A stretch of DNA of 63,191 nucleotides, the filler included, from Octopus bimaculoides (lineage: Eukaryota): assembly GCF_001194135.2 (NCBI RefSeq). It is 6 parts of 6 records of this genome, joined end to end, with 100 filler letters (N's around TTAATTAATTAA, not from the genome) between each part and the next. Parts side by side here need not be neighbours in the genome. Positions count along the whole stretch, not along the records: positions 1 to 12,545 come from NC_068986.1; positions 12,646 to 27,713 come from NC_069003.1; 4 more parts are not named here. One strand, given 5' to 3'. Within the stretch, counting starts at the first letter, position 1. Every line of letters begins with the position of its first letter. Position numbers and translations under genes: made by a program. Below, in pieces: positions 1-14,966 of the stretch. A model generated the notes under the pieces. The model was not told the DNA's origin, made no database searches, and worked only from the letters and a program-made list of their open reading frames with translations.

Positions 1-66
<66 letters not shown>

Positions 67-94
67 GTGTGCGTGTGTGTCTGCGTGTGTGTGT
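1..94. repeat. (GT)n microsatellite, one of many dinucleotide tracts (others about 478-517, 1201-1264, 2596-2681, 7915-8001, 23514-23622, 47704-47766)
   Basis: Read directly from the sequence. Confidence 0.98.
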
Positions 95-97
95 GAA

Positions 98-372
98 TAT
101 CTTTAAGAGAACACATACGAATGAAATAATTCGCGAACGGAGTGCAGTGAAAGATGTGATCTTATAGAACTGAGAGCGGATTTTTCGCTGGCCTGGACAT
201 ATTGCAAAATTCACAGACAGCAGGTGGACCTGTGTGGTAGGCCAGAGATCGGAAAAGGCCACTTGGAAAGCCATCACGATGACGGGAAGACGATTTAGTC
301 AAGTAATTTGAGTCAAGATGAAATAGAATAACGCAATCAAGACGGAATTGGAAGCGCATTGTGGCCAGCGTT
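98..372 (+). mobile_element. Degenerate 3' end of an RTE-clade LINE ORF
   Basis: Translation across frameshifts gives SLREHIRNEIIRERS..FRWPGHIAKFTDSRWT..RDRKRPLGKPSR*REDDL, matching the RTE C-terminal WAGH..RW..KRPLGRP.RW.DD pattern. Confidence 0.8.
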
Positions 373-477
373 ATATAATAACATCTGATGGCGTGGTTAA
401 TACTATGATACTGTATGTATACATATATATGTGTGTGAGTGTGCTTGTGTGTGAGAGATAGATAGATAGATAGATAG

Positions 478-525
<48 letters not shown>

Positions 526-1200
526 ATGGAAATAGAAAGAAGAGGGTAAAGTGGTGAGTAATATAACTGTTAAAGAAATACTGCTGAAAATAAACTATAA
601 AATGTAAAAAAGAATGCAATGCCAGAAAGTAAACTAAACCGTCTCTCAGGAAAATGTAATGTTTTATTTTGTTTTCTTATATTTTTCTGCAGTAGAATCT
701 TTCCAATTCAATGATGTAAATGTTACACTAATTTTTTTTATTTTCTTTAAATTTCTTTGGTTAGCTTGCATGCAATATTTTTGATTGAAATTATGATTCG
801 TTCAGATTTATTTGAATGATGATTGTTGATGATTATACAAGTGTTGACAATCGAATATTTCTGTGTCTGTCAGTCTGATTTGCGTTGTTTCTCATCTCTT
901 CTGGTAGTGTTTGTAATATTGTTTGCATATTTATTGTAGTTTTGGTTTTCGAGAGAAAATCTTGAGTAAATTGTAACAAGAATGAAAATAAAATTTGCAT
1001 TAGATAAAATCCAAAGGATTTAAGATGATATTTTTTTCCTGTGCTACGAACGCTTATAATGTACAAAAAAACAAACAAACAAAGGAAATAAAACAAAATT
1101 GCGACTGACAGATAAAGAGATCCTGATAACATTTAGAAATTTATATGGCTTTTGATTACATGATTCTTGAATAACAGACGGGCAAGGATTATACACACAT

Positions 1201-1265
<65 letters not shown>

Positions 1266-1419
1266 TATTCTTCTCTGGTACGGAGTTAGAAATGTTTAGT
1301 TAAGCTTGCGTTACATCGATTGTCTGGCGCAACAAGTGAATAAAACTATCAAAATATCAAATAAAAATTTTACCATAAGCATTGATTTATTTTTTTAGAT
1401 AGATATACTGAATAAACAG

Positions 1420-2150
1420 AATACGAAGATTTCTAAAACGTTGAAAAGATTATTTTTCAATAACATAGCCAGACAAAGAAGCTCAATACCGACTACCTGT
1501 TACTCCTTTTAAGAATATTTCAAAGACATGAGCTCCAGAGAGGAAAGTTTCGTCGGATACGTGACAGGATTTTACGTATATAATAACATTGACTCTTCTA
1601 AATTTGACCCGTAGCTAAGTGAAATGTTAAAGCGGAAGATGACCTTAGTTTACCATCCAAACCACCCATTAAGAGGCATGATTCATCTGGCAGGCTTCTA
1701 CACAGTTTCTGTCAACTAAAGTTTTAAGGTTTTATTATATCCAAATTTATAGAGGAAGACACTTTTTTAAACGTACTGCTTAGTTGGATCACGCTGAAAA
1801 GCTTACTTCGCATAGTTGCGTTTCGTTTTGCACCATAAAATAAGCTCGTTCTGCTCAAGTTTATAGAACGAAGACATTCTTTCCACGACCATGACGTCTT
1901 TTTTTTATTTAATGAAGACTGGAATGCGTTCTTTCTATACGTTTAAGGACGGCGGGTATATGCCAGATGTGGCTGATATGTTGGTTAAGACATTGACTTT
2001 ACAACATTATGATCCGGTATATGTGTTCATTGCAAAGCATCAGGACATGCACATTTAATATATAAAAAATCCATTGGGTGAGAAGTCCATTGGATTGACT
2101 GCACCTGAAATTGGAGGTCCTGATTTGTCAAACTTGTATCGCGCTGATTC
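1420..2150 (-). mobile_element. Highly decayed hAT (Buster/Charlie-like) transposase remnant
   Basis: Stop-riddled translation has HIPAVLKRIERTHSSL (cf. KPSKLKRHLETKHSSL), YGSNLEESMLLY (cf. YxxxIxEDxLFC) and QVVGIELLCLAM (cf. CVGICTDGAPAM). Similarity was recognised from memory only. Confidence 0.45.
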
Positions 2151-2184
2151 TATTTGAGAATTACACATATCCTTTCATTCTTTT

Positions 2185-2350
2185 ATTTTGTTTCAGTCAT
2201 TTGACTGCGGCTATGCTGGAGCACCACCCTTAGTCGAAGAAATCGACTCCAGGACTTATTCTTTGTAAGGCTAGTATACTTATTCTATCGGTCCCTTTTG
2301 TCAAACCGCTAAGTTACGGGGACATAAACACACCGGCATCGGTTGTCAAC
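2185..2350 (-). mobile_element. SINE family B, 3' half
   Basis: Reverse complement matches the 3' part of the copies at 38583 and 56400 (GACAACCGATG..GTGTTTA..CCCCGTAACTTAGCGGTT..AATGACTGAAAC). Confidence 0.85.
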
Positions 2351-2633
2351 TGGCTAAATTGCAAGAGCAATATCTTCCATTTAGTTCCGGGCGCTCCTAT
2401 TCTGACGGCAACATCTCCTATGAGTTATTACATTTCTCACAGGCAACATTGGGGAAAATTCTGTTCGCTCATAACAAATTAAGAAATTCTTGTACAATCC
2501 CGCGTCTTACAAAAGGAATTTCCATTGCGCATTGAATAATCATACCAAATGTACGTAGGACTACGTATGTCATGAAAGTGTGTTTGTGTTTGTCTGTGTG
2601 TGTGAGTGAGTGAGTGAGTGAGTGAGTGAGTGA

Positions 2634-2682
<49 letters not shown>

Positions 2683-3073
2683 TGCTCTTTTCCGTACAAA
2701 ATTATTAAAGTGGGCCATGTACATGTAGCCATTCTGTACATGAAAGGACCCAAACTTATGTAAGACTACAGAATATATACATATACAGGAGGTAGAACCC
2801 ATCACACACTTCATATACAACAACGAATGATGTGACAACTTTGTCATAACAACAACCATCCACCACATTAATATAAGAATAAGAGTAAAATAATTCAAAC
2901 ATTAATTAAAGTCAACCCTCATACGTGTTGTGATGTTAGCTATAACGAAACGAAGCGAACTACATAAAGAAGCAGCTCATTAGTTTACGTGTTTAATAGA
3001 GATTTGTAAGAACCATAGAATCAGATGAAAACTAAAATACAGGCATTTAGTACAGAATATATAGCCCATTGTA

Positions 3074-3322
3074 GTGGAGACGCGTGGCTCAGTGGTTAGG
3101 GTGTCAGCATCATGATCGTAAGATTGTGGTTTCGATTCCTGGACCGGGCGACGCGTTGTGTTCTTGAGCAAAACACATCATCTCACGTTGCTCCAGTCAA
3201 TTCAGCTGGCAAAAATGAGTAACGCTGCGATGGACTGGCGTCCCGTCCTGCTGGAAAACACATTCACCATTGAAACTGGAAAACATGAACCTGACTAGGC
3301 TTTAAAAGGGCGCATTTATTTT
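3074..3322 (+). mobile_element. tRNA-derived SINE family A, full length with a 16-bp TSD
   Basis: A-box TGGCTCAGTGG and B-box-like GTTTCGATTCC. TATATAGCCCATTGTA is duplicated at 3058-3073 and 3323-3338. Confidence 0.92.
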
Positions 3323-6300
3323 TATATAGCCCATTGTACAGGCTGCAGATACTTATGGCAGAAAGCATTTTGGAAGACATAAATAAACATCAACTGCTTC
3401 GGTAAAAGAAAATGTGGTATAATATAGGCAAACAACAAATAGTGAGCATGTTTAGTATTTATGACTCTTCCCAAGTTTAACAGTATGTTATTCATTTTAA
3501 CAATTTAAATAATGTGCTTGTGCATGAATAGTATTATTTCAATTAAATAATATTTACTTCTGGAATAGTAGGAAAGAAAATCAGTTGTTTATTGTTGTTG
3601 TTTTTTTTCAAATTTATGATTATGTCACTGTATTCATGTATGTTGTAACTGCATGTGTGATCGTTTGTATGAGAAGACGGACAACATATTGAATTATGTC
3701 TGGGCATAATAACCTTTATGATTAAATCTGATTTACTTTCAAGACTGCAGATATAATCTTCAGACGGACGATGATAGATTTTAGTTATATTTGAGCAACC
3801 GGGATTTAATACGCCTGTCTATGAATGACAAATTAAGACGTAGATGATAAACAAACAGCTCTGATCGGATACTTTGTTGTCGATGTAGCCATTGTCTAGG
3901 AGTAGATACAATGCAAACTATTCGTTTCGGCAGCGTGAACATTCTTGCAGTAACTCATATTAGTGCATAATAAACCTTACAACACTTCAGAATATGATTG
4001 TTTATAAAATGATTCACATGAATGGATCATCACAAATACAAGGACTAAATCAATAGTTATTATATTATTATTGCTTTCATTTCATTTTTAAACAATTTTT
4101 TCCGTTATTAAAGATGTTTCCCTTTTTAGAAATGAGATACTATTTGTAAAGTGGTAAACGTTAATTGATGGTGTATCTGGGAAACTATGCGCAATGCCCA
4201 GAAACAATGCACCTTTATATTAAATATCCCCCAAATGTTGAATTGTTCATTATATTTATTCCACTGAACAATTCTCTCTTCTTTCTATGAACAATTGAGA
4301 ATTTAGCTGAAAACTCCTCATTTATTAACTCACATAAGGTGGCCTTTTGGTATGTTTCATGTAGTGGTTAAAGTTCTTCAAATCACAGTCTACATCGTCC
4401 TAGATATACAAACGAATGAAATTGTCAGTTAGAAGCATTTTCTCATAGTTTTTCTCATTTGCCAGGACAACAAAAGTTACATATCCTTTTTCTCAAAGAA
4501 AATACATCTCTCAGTTCTTATTAACGCCACCAACTCTGTTATTCATACTGCACTCTAGACCTCGACTTTGGGCTTTCGCGTATGCCATCTTCATTCATCC
4601 GTCTTCTTTCACTTAGATATCATCTTCTTTCACTTGGATATAAAACAACAAGAACGTCTAGTTATACGTGCGTAAGCTTTCAATCACTCCCTCACACAAA
4701 TTCATCAACTACACTCTTCAAAACTTTTCGCTGCACCAACAAAGGTTTTATCACCTCTCGTTTACCATAGATGGCATTTATGGAAGGTCTCCGTTCATCA
4801 CATTCTAAAATTCATATATTTCTTTCACCGTTCTCAAAATCTTCCCAAGTATCAAGATCTTCTCAAGTGCTCAGCCATTTCTCTTAATGTATTGATGATA
4901 TTTGTATTATTTCAGCTTTCTCTGAATTATTGGTCTTCAATGACATAGCTACTCACATTGAAAGTCTTTCGAGTACCATTTGCAGCTATGCTGCTTTTGC
5001 GTAAGTAAGAATTGTGCATTTTTTAAATTTCTTTTGTAAGAATTAACACTCACCTCACATGTAGTGTGAATTTCAGGTTGCGAGTTTTAATTCTCTCAAC
5101 AAATGTCCTACTTTTTGCTTTGATTTTCAACGGAAAGCGATAAATCGACAAACAAATCTCAAATGTTTATATTATGCATGTTCCTGATTATTAGTTATGC
5201 GGGTCTCTTTTTACGGAAATATTACAAACCCATACTATACAAGCCTTACTGTGTTTCGATACAACACTATAAAGCTCCTAGTTTCAAATGCCACCAAAGA
5301 ATTTCACCTTCAGTTCCTCTGAGGTGGTTGGATTAAATAAGTAACAATTATTTACCTATATCAATGTAATGGATTTCTTACAACTTGTGTCCTTCTTAGA
5401 AGGAGAGCAATTGTAAGCAACATTTATTCTGTATCTTGCAGCATAAACTTGTGATTAATTTTGTCTTCAATTAACTCTAAGTGATATAATTCTGTATATA
5501 TAGGCATATCATTTGACAAATAATTAACGTGCTCACTATGAGTTTTAACACTGGTATCCATCCAATGTGTCGAGTAATATATATGACGCAAACGTGACGG
5601 GAAATTGAAAATGATGCTGTTCGAAACAGAAAAGCAGAAAACATGAAGTTAATGTGTGATCTACAAGTTAGGTATTTGGCTTGCAATCATAATTATGGAC
5701 TGAGTGGTGCGTTGTGATTTAAAGCACATCGCTTTATTTCACGTTGCTCCAGACTAATTAATTTTATATAAGTACTAGATGGATGCTTGTGCGTCTCTTT
5801 CCCTCCAGCTCTTATATCCAAATCAATTAGTTTTAGTATGGTATATGCCGCGAAAGCATACTTGCTCTCGGGTGATAGCTAATAGTACTAATGTACCCTA
5901 ATAAGCAGTTAATACTGCAAACCTCGCCATATTAATTAGTCGTTTGTTAATATTAATCCGATAACATTGACAGAAATGGGATAACATGAAAACGATTTAG
6001 TTTCATTGTTTTACTTTATGAGTTCGAATTTCACACGTCTGTGTTGGATTTTAATTCTTAAGCAATTCTTATAACGTATAATATATTTTATATATTATAC
6101 ATATAATATTTTCCTGTGTATATATATATTTTATAATGGCATATTTCAAGTAGTACTTGCAATAAATAATATTGGAGACCTATGATTAAAATATCAATCA
6201 ATGTCTCACTATTATATTATGGAACTAAATTCAAGTGAGTATTCCCCTTCACCTAAAGAGGCAGAAAATTAGTGCACATAGACAGCACATGCATAATTTT

Positions 6301-6334
6301 GATTTTTTTCTGTTCGTTGATAATATCAAAATAT

Positions 6335-6570
6335 TTATTTCTTTATTGCCCACAATGGGCTTAAACATAGAGCGGAAAAAACCATGGACAGACGAAGGTA
6401 TTAAGTCGATTACATCGACTCCAGTGCGTAACTGTTACTTAATTAATCGACCCCGAATAGATGAAAGGCAAAGTCGACCTCTGCGGAATTTGAACTCAGA
6501 ACGTAATGGCAGACGAAATGCCGCTAAGCATTGCACCCGGCGTGCTTACGATTCTGTCAGCTCGTCGCCC
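6335..6570 (-). mobile_element. tRNA-derived SINE family C
   Basis: Reverse complement has the head GGCGACGAGCTGACAGAATCG and the core GAGTTCAAATTCCGC..GGTCGACTTTGCCTTTCATC..GGGGTCGAT shared with many other copies in the window. Confidence 0.9.
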
Positions 6571-7954
6571 TAATAATATCAAAATATTGCAATATTATCA
6601 ATACTCTTTTGACTATTTTCCCGCATTAAATGATTAAATATAACTTACTAAACTATCATGAAATTCATCAACTAAGGGGCAATATAAACTAACAACATGT
6701 GTATCAGACGTTGTGAAGTAAATGCATTCTCTAAATGCATTTACAGCTTGAGAGAAGTGTGTTGATTTCATACAATAGGAGAAAAGGAACCGTACGGCAG
6801 AATGCATTTAATGATGACATAGCAGTTGGTTTTGAACTCTTCTCAAAGACAAAGATTTACTATATAGCAGATTAAGCGTTTAATCGTTCCCAAGATCTAT
6901 CTCTATATTTTCTTTTAAAGGCAAAATTGAATATAGTAGGTTAAAGTAATCTTACATATTTTTTGCTCGATACGCGTATGGCGACAGACGAATGTAAATA
7001 CTAAAGCTATTTGATCTGGAACTCCATTATTTGAATGGCACTATACGTAAGAGTAATAAATCGTATCATATATATATTTATATTGTTTTGTATATAGCAT
7101 ATAGAAATATACATATCCAATATAACAGTAATATATTGCTAGGAATATGCATACACGGAAATAAAACTAAATCATGATCTTTTTAACTTGAAAGAGAGAA
7201 AAATAACGTAGATAATATAGCTATTAATAATTAACGATCATGAAACGTAGAGAATGCATTCGTATTTCATATTCTTCGCTGTGTTCAAATATATTAATAA
7301 TTAATAAATCTACTATATATTTTCTTGGAAATGCTTTCTTTCTTAACACAAATGCACATAGAAATGAAATAAATGTAAACTTTAAGAAAAAATTGAAGAT
7401 TTTAAAACTGTGTAACGTCTGCGAAATATAATGTTTGTAAAATGTTTTGTACTTTTGTTCTACTTTCTACTGTGGAAGTATACAGAAAAACTGGGTTTTA
7501 AAGAATATTTTTCGAAACATAAAACTGTTTTAAATAAATCTTAGAATCGTTTCCTAAGATATGTATTCTTTTATACTTTATATAATTAATAATCCACCTG
7601 GAAAGGAGTTAGATCATCTGAAGGTAACTGAAATCTTCCAAATATAATTTCAACTTAGCAGTGTTTTAGCAATGCTTTCAAATCGAATATATTTTGGTAT
7701 AGTGTTATGGAATCTATTTAAAACCGCCATATTTTTGTCATATTACCCTATCTGTAGCTGAAACTTATACTGAGGACTGCAAGTCATAAATGGTATTTAA
7801 CGAAACACCCGTTAATTAGAAGATGAGTAACAACTGGTTGCGTTCTTGTGTTGCATTTATCATGGTATAGCGAAACTAAAGTCTTCTCGTCTTCGAAACA
7901 GTGACACTAAGCCAGTGTGTGTGTGTGAGAGAGAGAGGGAGAGAGAGAGAAAGT

Positions 7955-8005
<51 letters not shown>

Positions 8006-11000
8006 GTGGTGATCTGCGCCGGCGAAAATTCTATTTTAAAGAGAAAAATGTTAATTTCTAAACGTCGTTGACAATGCTACCCACTGACGGTATAAACAGT
8101 TCTGTTAATTGTTGAAATACAGAGAAGAATCTTAATCGAATTCATTAGTGTATAAATAATGATAGTAAACCTAAATTTTCAGTGAGTACCTATAGATATA
8201 ATGTTTGCTGTAGTAAACAGAAAATACAATAATTTTATAAGCAATAAAATTCATTGATTGAAATAATGGAAATAAGGATTTGAAAAGAAATAAATGTTTT
8301 GGGTATCAAACCATTATTTTCGTTTACCAAAGTTATTCTTTCCATCGGGTAAATTATAACATCGTCTAAATTTCAATTAAATTTACTAAACGCTAGGAGG
8401 AAGAATGTTGCGTATCTTGGGGACTTTATTGGTACGTGCAGCTGCACATATATACATATATCCCTAGTTAAGATGATTTGAGGAGGTTTGGCTGTTGCTC
8501 ATGCATGCAAAACTTCCCTCTCTACGGCACCGATGTTTATTCAAGGGAATGATTGCTGATTTAGTTTTACACAATTTTACACTTGTGATGTCAGTGCATT
8601 AATAGCTCTATCAGTTACTGCTAACAACGAAAAATCCACTGCACTAGATTGGTACTTCTTTATCGATAGGATGAAAGGCAACAGTATTCCATATTACGAT
8701 TAAACAACTTTGCTTTGTAAGTAGTAAAAATTATAGGAAATTGTTCATTGTTACTTCGAGTCTGACGAGACCAGACTCAAGATCTAGACTCCCGAACTTT
8801 TATTTCATGAATAATTCAATTCTGATATATCCGTGTGACTCGTTTATCCTTATGATTAAAGTAAATTATAATAATCTCACTGAACTTTTAATGCCGTTGC
8901 AAAACTGCTATCTAACTTGCCTTTATAAGTATACTGCTCTTTATTAAGGTTTTGACTGTTCTTTAAACGAGACTGAGACACTAATAATGAACGCGCTGAG
9001 AGACTAATCAACTTGTCTATGACAAGTGAAAACGAAATGTAAAAATTGTATCTCTAGAGATTATCTAGGAAATCTTTTGTAAAATCAATTTCGAATTTTG
9101 CTTAGTTGGTTTCTGCGGGACATTTGTTTCTAAAAGTATATAAAAATAAATTATTATATAAAACAAAAAAAAAAACATTCCGACATTTAATCAATATTCC
9201 AAGTCCAAAACAAAATTCCCAAAACATATTATGGAGTTATGTAGAATGAAACAACTGACTATATCTACAGACAAAAGAAAGAAAAAAATTTCGAATGATA
9301 TTGAAATATAGACAATGATGTTTTTTCTGACAATACGTAAAGAAATACAAACCTTTATTATTTGAACTCATTTGAAAATTTTAAATGAATTTAAAAACTT
9401 CGGACAAATTAATATCTTTTTTTATACGTAAAGTCAACAAATGATAATGATTTGTTTTTGAAATCGACAATCCTATAATATTTCAAGCATAATTTTTAAA
9501 GACACTTTTGCCACCATCGGATATATTTCAGAATAGCTTGGTCATTTCACTGATTTCCAGTTGCTTAAATACTGTAATTGCTAGTATTTCTGTTGGCTAA
9601 TACATGATTAATCAAGCAACGATAACTGAAATTTCTAAGGCTAGATTTCTCTCTACCTTTAAGAGAGTGAAAATTTCACAGTTTTACGGTTATGAATTCA
9701 TTCAGTTAGCCGAATATAACCCGTGGGTGCAACACCGAGATGTTTAGTTTGAATGTAATTAAACAGCGTCACCAATATCTCGGAATGTGATGGTCAATAT
9801 GGCGTTCACAAAATATTTTGGTCAATTAAATTCAGTATAATATTGTTGAGCGATTTGTAAAGATTCATTTTCCTCAATATATACATTAGCATATAACATT
9901 CCAGAAATCGTGTAATGTGTAAACGTCAAGTTTTCCATTGTCTGTGAAAACCACGAAATAAGGTGTACGTTCTTGATGCAGTTATATTCTCTTATTCGTT
10001 TATTTTGTTATACACATGCAGAGATCTATTTAAAGTTTCTGTTTGTAATAAAAAAAAAAGAAATACATTTTCCTTGAAGTATATTTTTTATACACCAAAG
10101 AGCTCTGAGGGGGAAACTGAAAAACGAAGTATAAATCATAATGGATGTGAAATTGAACAGTGGAGGCTAAATTCCTTGTTAAAGTCCTTTCACTTTTTTA
10201 TGACCCGTAAGTAAAATGCGGAAATATAGGTTCATCCAATCTCCCTTAGTAAATGCATAAGAAATTAAAACAAAACCAATATTGGATACAAATAAAATAA
10301 GGTTGCGAGGCGTCCCTAGTTAAGATTAATGTGAATGAAAATACTGTATGTGTCACAGCTTAAGAAAATAAATACGTTTTAAGTCATGATGACTTCACGC
10401 CTAGTTTGTCACTTGATTTAGGGCTGTATTTCTCACCTTGATGTTGTCAAAGAAGATTTACCACTTTTACTCAGCCTCATTGAGTCGTGGTGAATATTTG
10501 TGAATGAAATAAATAATTGTCATATAACAATCATTAATATTTCTGGCTTCTATAAATTATCTTTTCCTTAACGTAGGTCTTACTTAACAAATCAGTGAGG
10601 TCTCTACGTTCGGTTTACTGAACAAGAAACAATGATTTAAATCATACTATCAAGTTAGAATCTACATGTTGAAAATGATCAACACGTCAGAAATATTTCA
10701 AATAGTCTATTTTCATGAGTTTGTATTTTTACTATTACTTCTGTGATTCTGAAAGAATAATACGTAACTCAATAATTCACCCATTTAAATGTGAGTAGAA
10801 AATCCACGGGAGAAAACGGTAAATCTGACGTATTTCCAAAACGTACATTTCTGCGATAGAATTATATAGGCGTCAAATTGTTCAGCTTTGGCAAACAAAA
10901 TATTTCTAAATATTTATCAGTATTTTCTAATACAAATAAAACAATAGACAACATTCCTTTATAAAATAATGATATATGGCATAGGCACACGGTCATACAT

Positions 11001-12434
11001 TTGTAAGTTTGTAAATAGCTGAATCAAAACAACGCAATTACATATCAGGAAAAATCTGGTTCAAAAGGATTTGAATTCATACAGTAAAGTAATATAATGT
11101 AACTAACTGATGCAGCAATGCATATTGTGATACTATATCAATTCTATCAAACATTGAGACAATGTTATGTTAATATTCATTGTAAAGTTTCCAAATGACT
11201 AAATAAAATCAAAAGAAAAGCATGAAGCTTATATAAGCATGACATATTACAAGAAAATAAACGCAAGGTTTAAATCGGAAGATAAAAATAGTTCTACTAG
11301 CTTGTAGGTAATATGAGGGAGGAAATCCACAAGGAGGTAGGGTTGTAAAAAGTAGGAACTTGGTTTGAAAGCAACTCTACAGTGTTTTCACTAAGTTTTC
11401 AAAACGAACAGCATAAAGAATATATAGAGATGAACAGAGAGCAAATATACAAACATAAGTTAAAGCGCACGAGTCGGAAAAAAATTTAAATGTCAATAAC
11501 AAATAGTTCTAAAACCGATTAACTGCAAACTCTGTTACACACTAGATATTACACATGAAAAGTCAGAACAGCATAGAATAGGAAGAACTCGGATTCGTAA
11601 ATAATCAAGATATTGATTATCGAAATATCAAAAAATTACTCATAGATAATAAGTGAAATATTTTCTCCAGCGAAATGAATTTTATTTCCCTAATTTAGAT
11701 ATACATACATATATACATACATATATATANNNNNNNNNNNNNNNNNNNNNNNNNNNNNNNNNNNNNNNNNNNNNNNNNNNNNNNNNNNNNNNNNNNNNNN
11801 NNNNNNNNNNNNNNNNNNNNNNNNNNNNNNNNNNNNNNNNNNNNNNNNNNNNNNNNNNNNNNNNNNNNNNNNNNNNNNNNNNNNNNNNNNNNNNNNNNNN
11901 NNNNNNNNNNNNNNNNNNNNNNNNNNNNNNNNNNNNNNNNNNNNNNNNNNNNNNNNNNNNNNNNNNNNNNNNNNTATATATATATATATATATCAATAGC
12001 AAACTGAACTCGCTGAACCTGTTTGAGATGGTTTGCCATTTTCGACATTTCAATAATAATATTAATAATAATAATAACAGCAACAACAACTATAATAATA
12101 ATAATAGCAATAATAATCATGATGTTGTTGTTGTTAGTGTTATTGTTGATAAGAATGATGAGGATGAGGAAAAGGAGGATGACGATGACAAAGTTGATGA
12201 TGATCTTGATGAATTTTATTATTTGGAGTTATACTATTTGTATTACTACAATAGTAGTAATAGTAGTAGTAGTAGTAGTTTTCGTAATCATTATCATCAT
12301 TATTGTTGTGGTTGCTGATATTATAACACGCAGCTTTACGCAATCAATTTCTGTACACACACGCTTCCACTCCCACATATGTAAGCATCATTATATGCAC
12401 ACTCATACATACACGATTATATACACAGGCAGAA

Positions 12435-12472
<38 letters not shown>

Positions 12473-12589
12473 ACTCACACACATGTATATACCAAGATTA
12501 TTTATATACACACATGCATAAATATATATGTATATATATATATATNNNNNNNNNNNNNNNNNNNNNNNNNNNNNNNNNNNNNNNNNNNN

Positions 12590-12601
12590 TTAATTAATTA
12601 A
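12590..12601. other. Assembly join marker TTAATTAATTAA inside N44...N44 (also at 27758, 44349, 49882, 56854)
   Basis: The same 12-mer, with stops in all six frames, sits centred in a 100-bp N block five times; it is artificial. Confidence 0.93.
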
Positions 12602-12645
12602 NNNNNNNNNNNNNNNNNNNNNNNNNNNNNNNNNNNNNNNNNNNN

Positions 12646-12678
<33 letters not shown>

Positions 12679-13412
12679 TATATGTATGCGTGTATATGTA
12701 TGTATGCATAGGTAATATCTATATATATTATCTATATAATACATACACGCGTATACATATATGTGTGTGTGTATGTATATGCATACATATCTATCTATCT
12801 ATCTATGCGTGTGTGTGTGTCATATAAAGAAAATATTATACACAATCATACAATACATAAACGCATGAACATACATAGGAGCAAACGCAAAAATACATTC
12901 TCCTAATTTTCTAGCACACACGCAAACCCTCGACAGCACGCGTTTAAAACACACTCACACACATATACACACACATAGACGCGCACACACTTACACGTGC
13001 TCACGCATGTTGCAGAAAGTGTGCAGTAGTTAGAGAAATGCATCGGATTGTGCAGTGAGTACAGTATTTCAGTCGCACGCTGTTTAAACGCGCACCTGTT
13101 GTAGTCTAAATTCTTTTTGTTACCTGTGTGTGTCTCTCTTCGACACTGCACCGTACTTGCACCGTCACCATCAACACCACCATTTTCACAGTCATTATCA
13201 TTATAATTAATAATAATCATCGTCAACGTTATAATTTCTTTTTCCTTCGTCATCGTCATTATTGTCATCACTTGTGGTCGTCCGTCCATCGTCCTCTTCG
13301 TCGTCATCATCATCATCACCACTGTAATAGTCATGTTATTACAATCATCTTTGTCATCATCCTCATTATCGTCATCAATGTTATTGTTATTCTTCTTGCC
13401 GTCGTCGTCATC

Positions 13413-13443
<31 letters not shown>

Positions 13444-14104
13444 AACTCGTTGATGTAATTATTGTCATCGTCATAATCATCGTTTTCATTATTTATCGTT
13501 TTTTATCGAGTTTCCTGTTCTTTTTAGTTTTGTCATAATCGTCGTCGTCGCACAATATTCTTTTGCAGTTGTTTTTTTTTCTTTCTAGCGTAGTTTTCTT
13601 TCTTTTTTCACTGTTTGCGTATTTTGTCTTTGTTGTTGTTATTGTCGCCGTCGTCTTTTTTTTGTTGTTTTTTAAAGTTGTCATGTGTGTCTTATAATAA
13701 TAATGGTTCCGAAGATTTTGGCAGATAACGTCTACAGCTGTCTGTGAGGTAACGTCCGTCAACCGCGAATAGAAACAGCTACAACAACAACAACAACAGC
13801 GACGACAGAAAGAACAGAAACAAACAGGAGCAACAAGAAAATAAATAAAAGAAATTCGCAACTTCAACTTTAGCGACAACAGCAACAACATCAACATCAA
13901 CGGGGACATCAACGAGAACAAGAACAACGACAATTGGACAGATACCGTCATCCGTGTCAACAACGACAACAAAAGTACCAACAACAGCACAAAGGAAAAA
14001 AAAACAGAAGTTGAAATAAAAACACAACAACAACGTAATAATATCAACAAGGATAAAAGGATATCATCATTATCATCATCACCAACATCATCGACAACAA
14101 CGGC

Positions 14105-14302
14105 ACGATCGAGCCCTCTTCATGGACGCTTGACTGCCTAGAAATAGCAGCGAAAAAAACTTCCTCGAAGAATATCGTATACAGACTTTACAAGGAACAA
14201 ACAAAATAATACAAGACGGGATTGTGACGGCTAGAACACCTGATCATAGTCCTTCCTGCTAAATCGGGACTGACCTGGTGCTAAACAACAACAACAACAA
14301 CA
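14105..14302 (+). mobile_element. SINE-like family F with an (AAC)n tail; related pieces about 17745-17845 (+), 21557-21655 (-), 22110-22480 (+), 8470-8520 (-)
   Basis: Recurrent motifs TAGAAATAGCAGC, GACGGGATGGTCACG and CTGACCTGG..CTAAACAACAAC occur in several copies. Confidence 0.7.
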
Positions 14303-14500
14303 ATATCTACAGGGTGACCACAGCCACTAACAACAACGACGACATAAAAAATACAACAATAATAACAACAAAAATAATAACAATACCCATATAAAAAAAA
14401 GCAATAAAAAGCGCCAACAACATCAAGAAGAATATTCGTATTAAATTACAGCAACGGCAACAACAACAATATTGATATATAAAAGCAATAACTACAACTC

Positions 14501-14571
<71 letters not shown>

Positions 14572-14723
14572 ACTACTACTACTGCTACTACCACTTCATA
14601 AAAAACAATTGTTGAAAGACATCAGTACCTTAGAACTACAACATCAACAACTACGTTTATNNNNNNNNNNNNNNNNNNNNNNNNNNNNNNNNNNNNNNNN
14701 NNNNNNNNNNNNNNNNNNNNNNN

Positions 14724-14762
<39 letters not shown>

Positions 14763-14924
14763 ACTACTACTACTGATATTACAATAATACTATACTGCTA
14801 CTGTTACTACTACGATATCAGAGGGATATAACATCTTCAACGAAAACAACATTAACAGCAACAACAAAAACAAAAGCAACAACAACAATAATAGCGAGAA
14901 AAGTAAAAGAGAAAGGAAGAGAGA

Positions 14925-14966
<42 letters not shown>

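Noticed and set aside
2350-2580. Possible Merlin/ISXO2-like remnant (FPNVACEKC on the minus strand)
   Set aside because: Only a CxxC-level resemblance; too weak to call.
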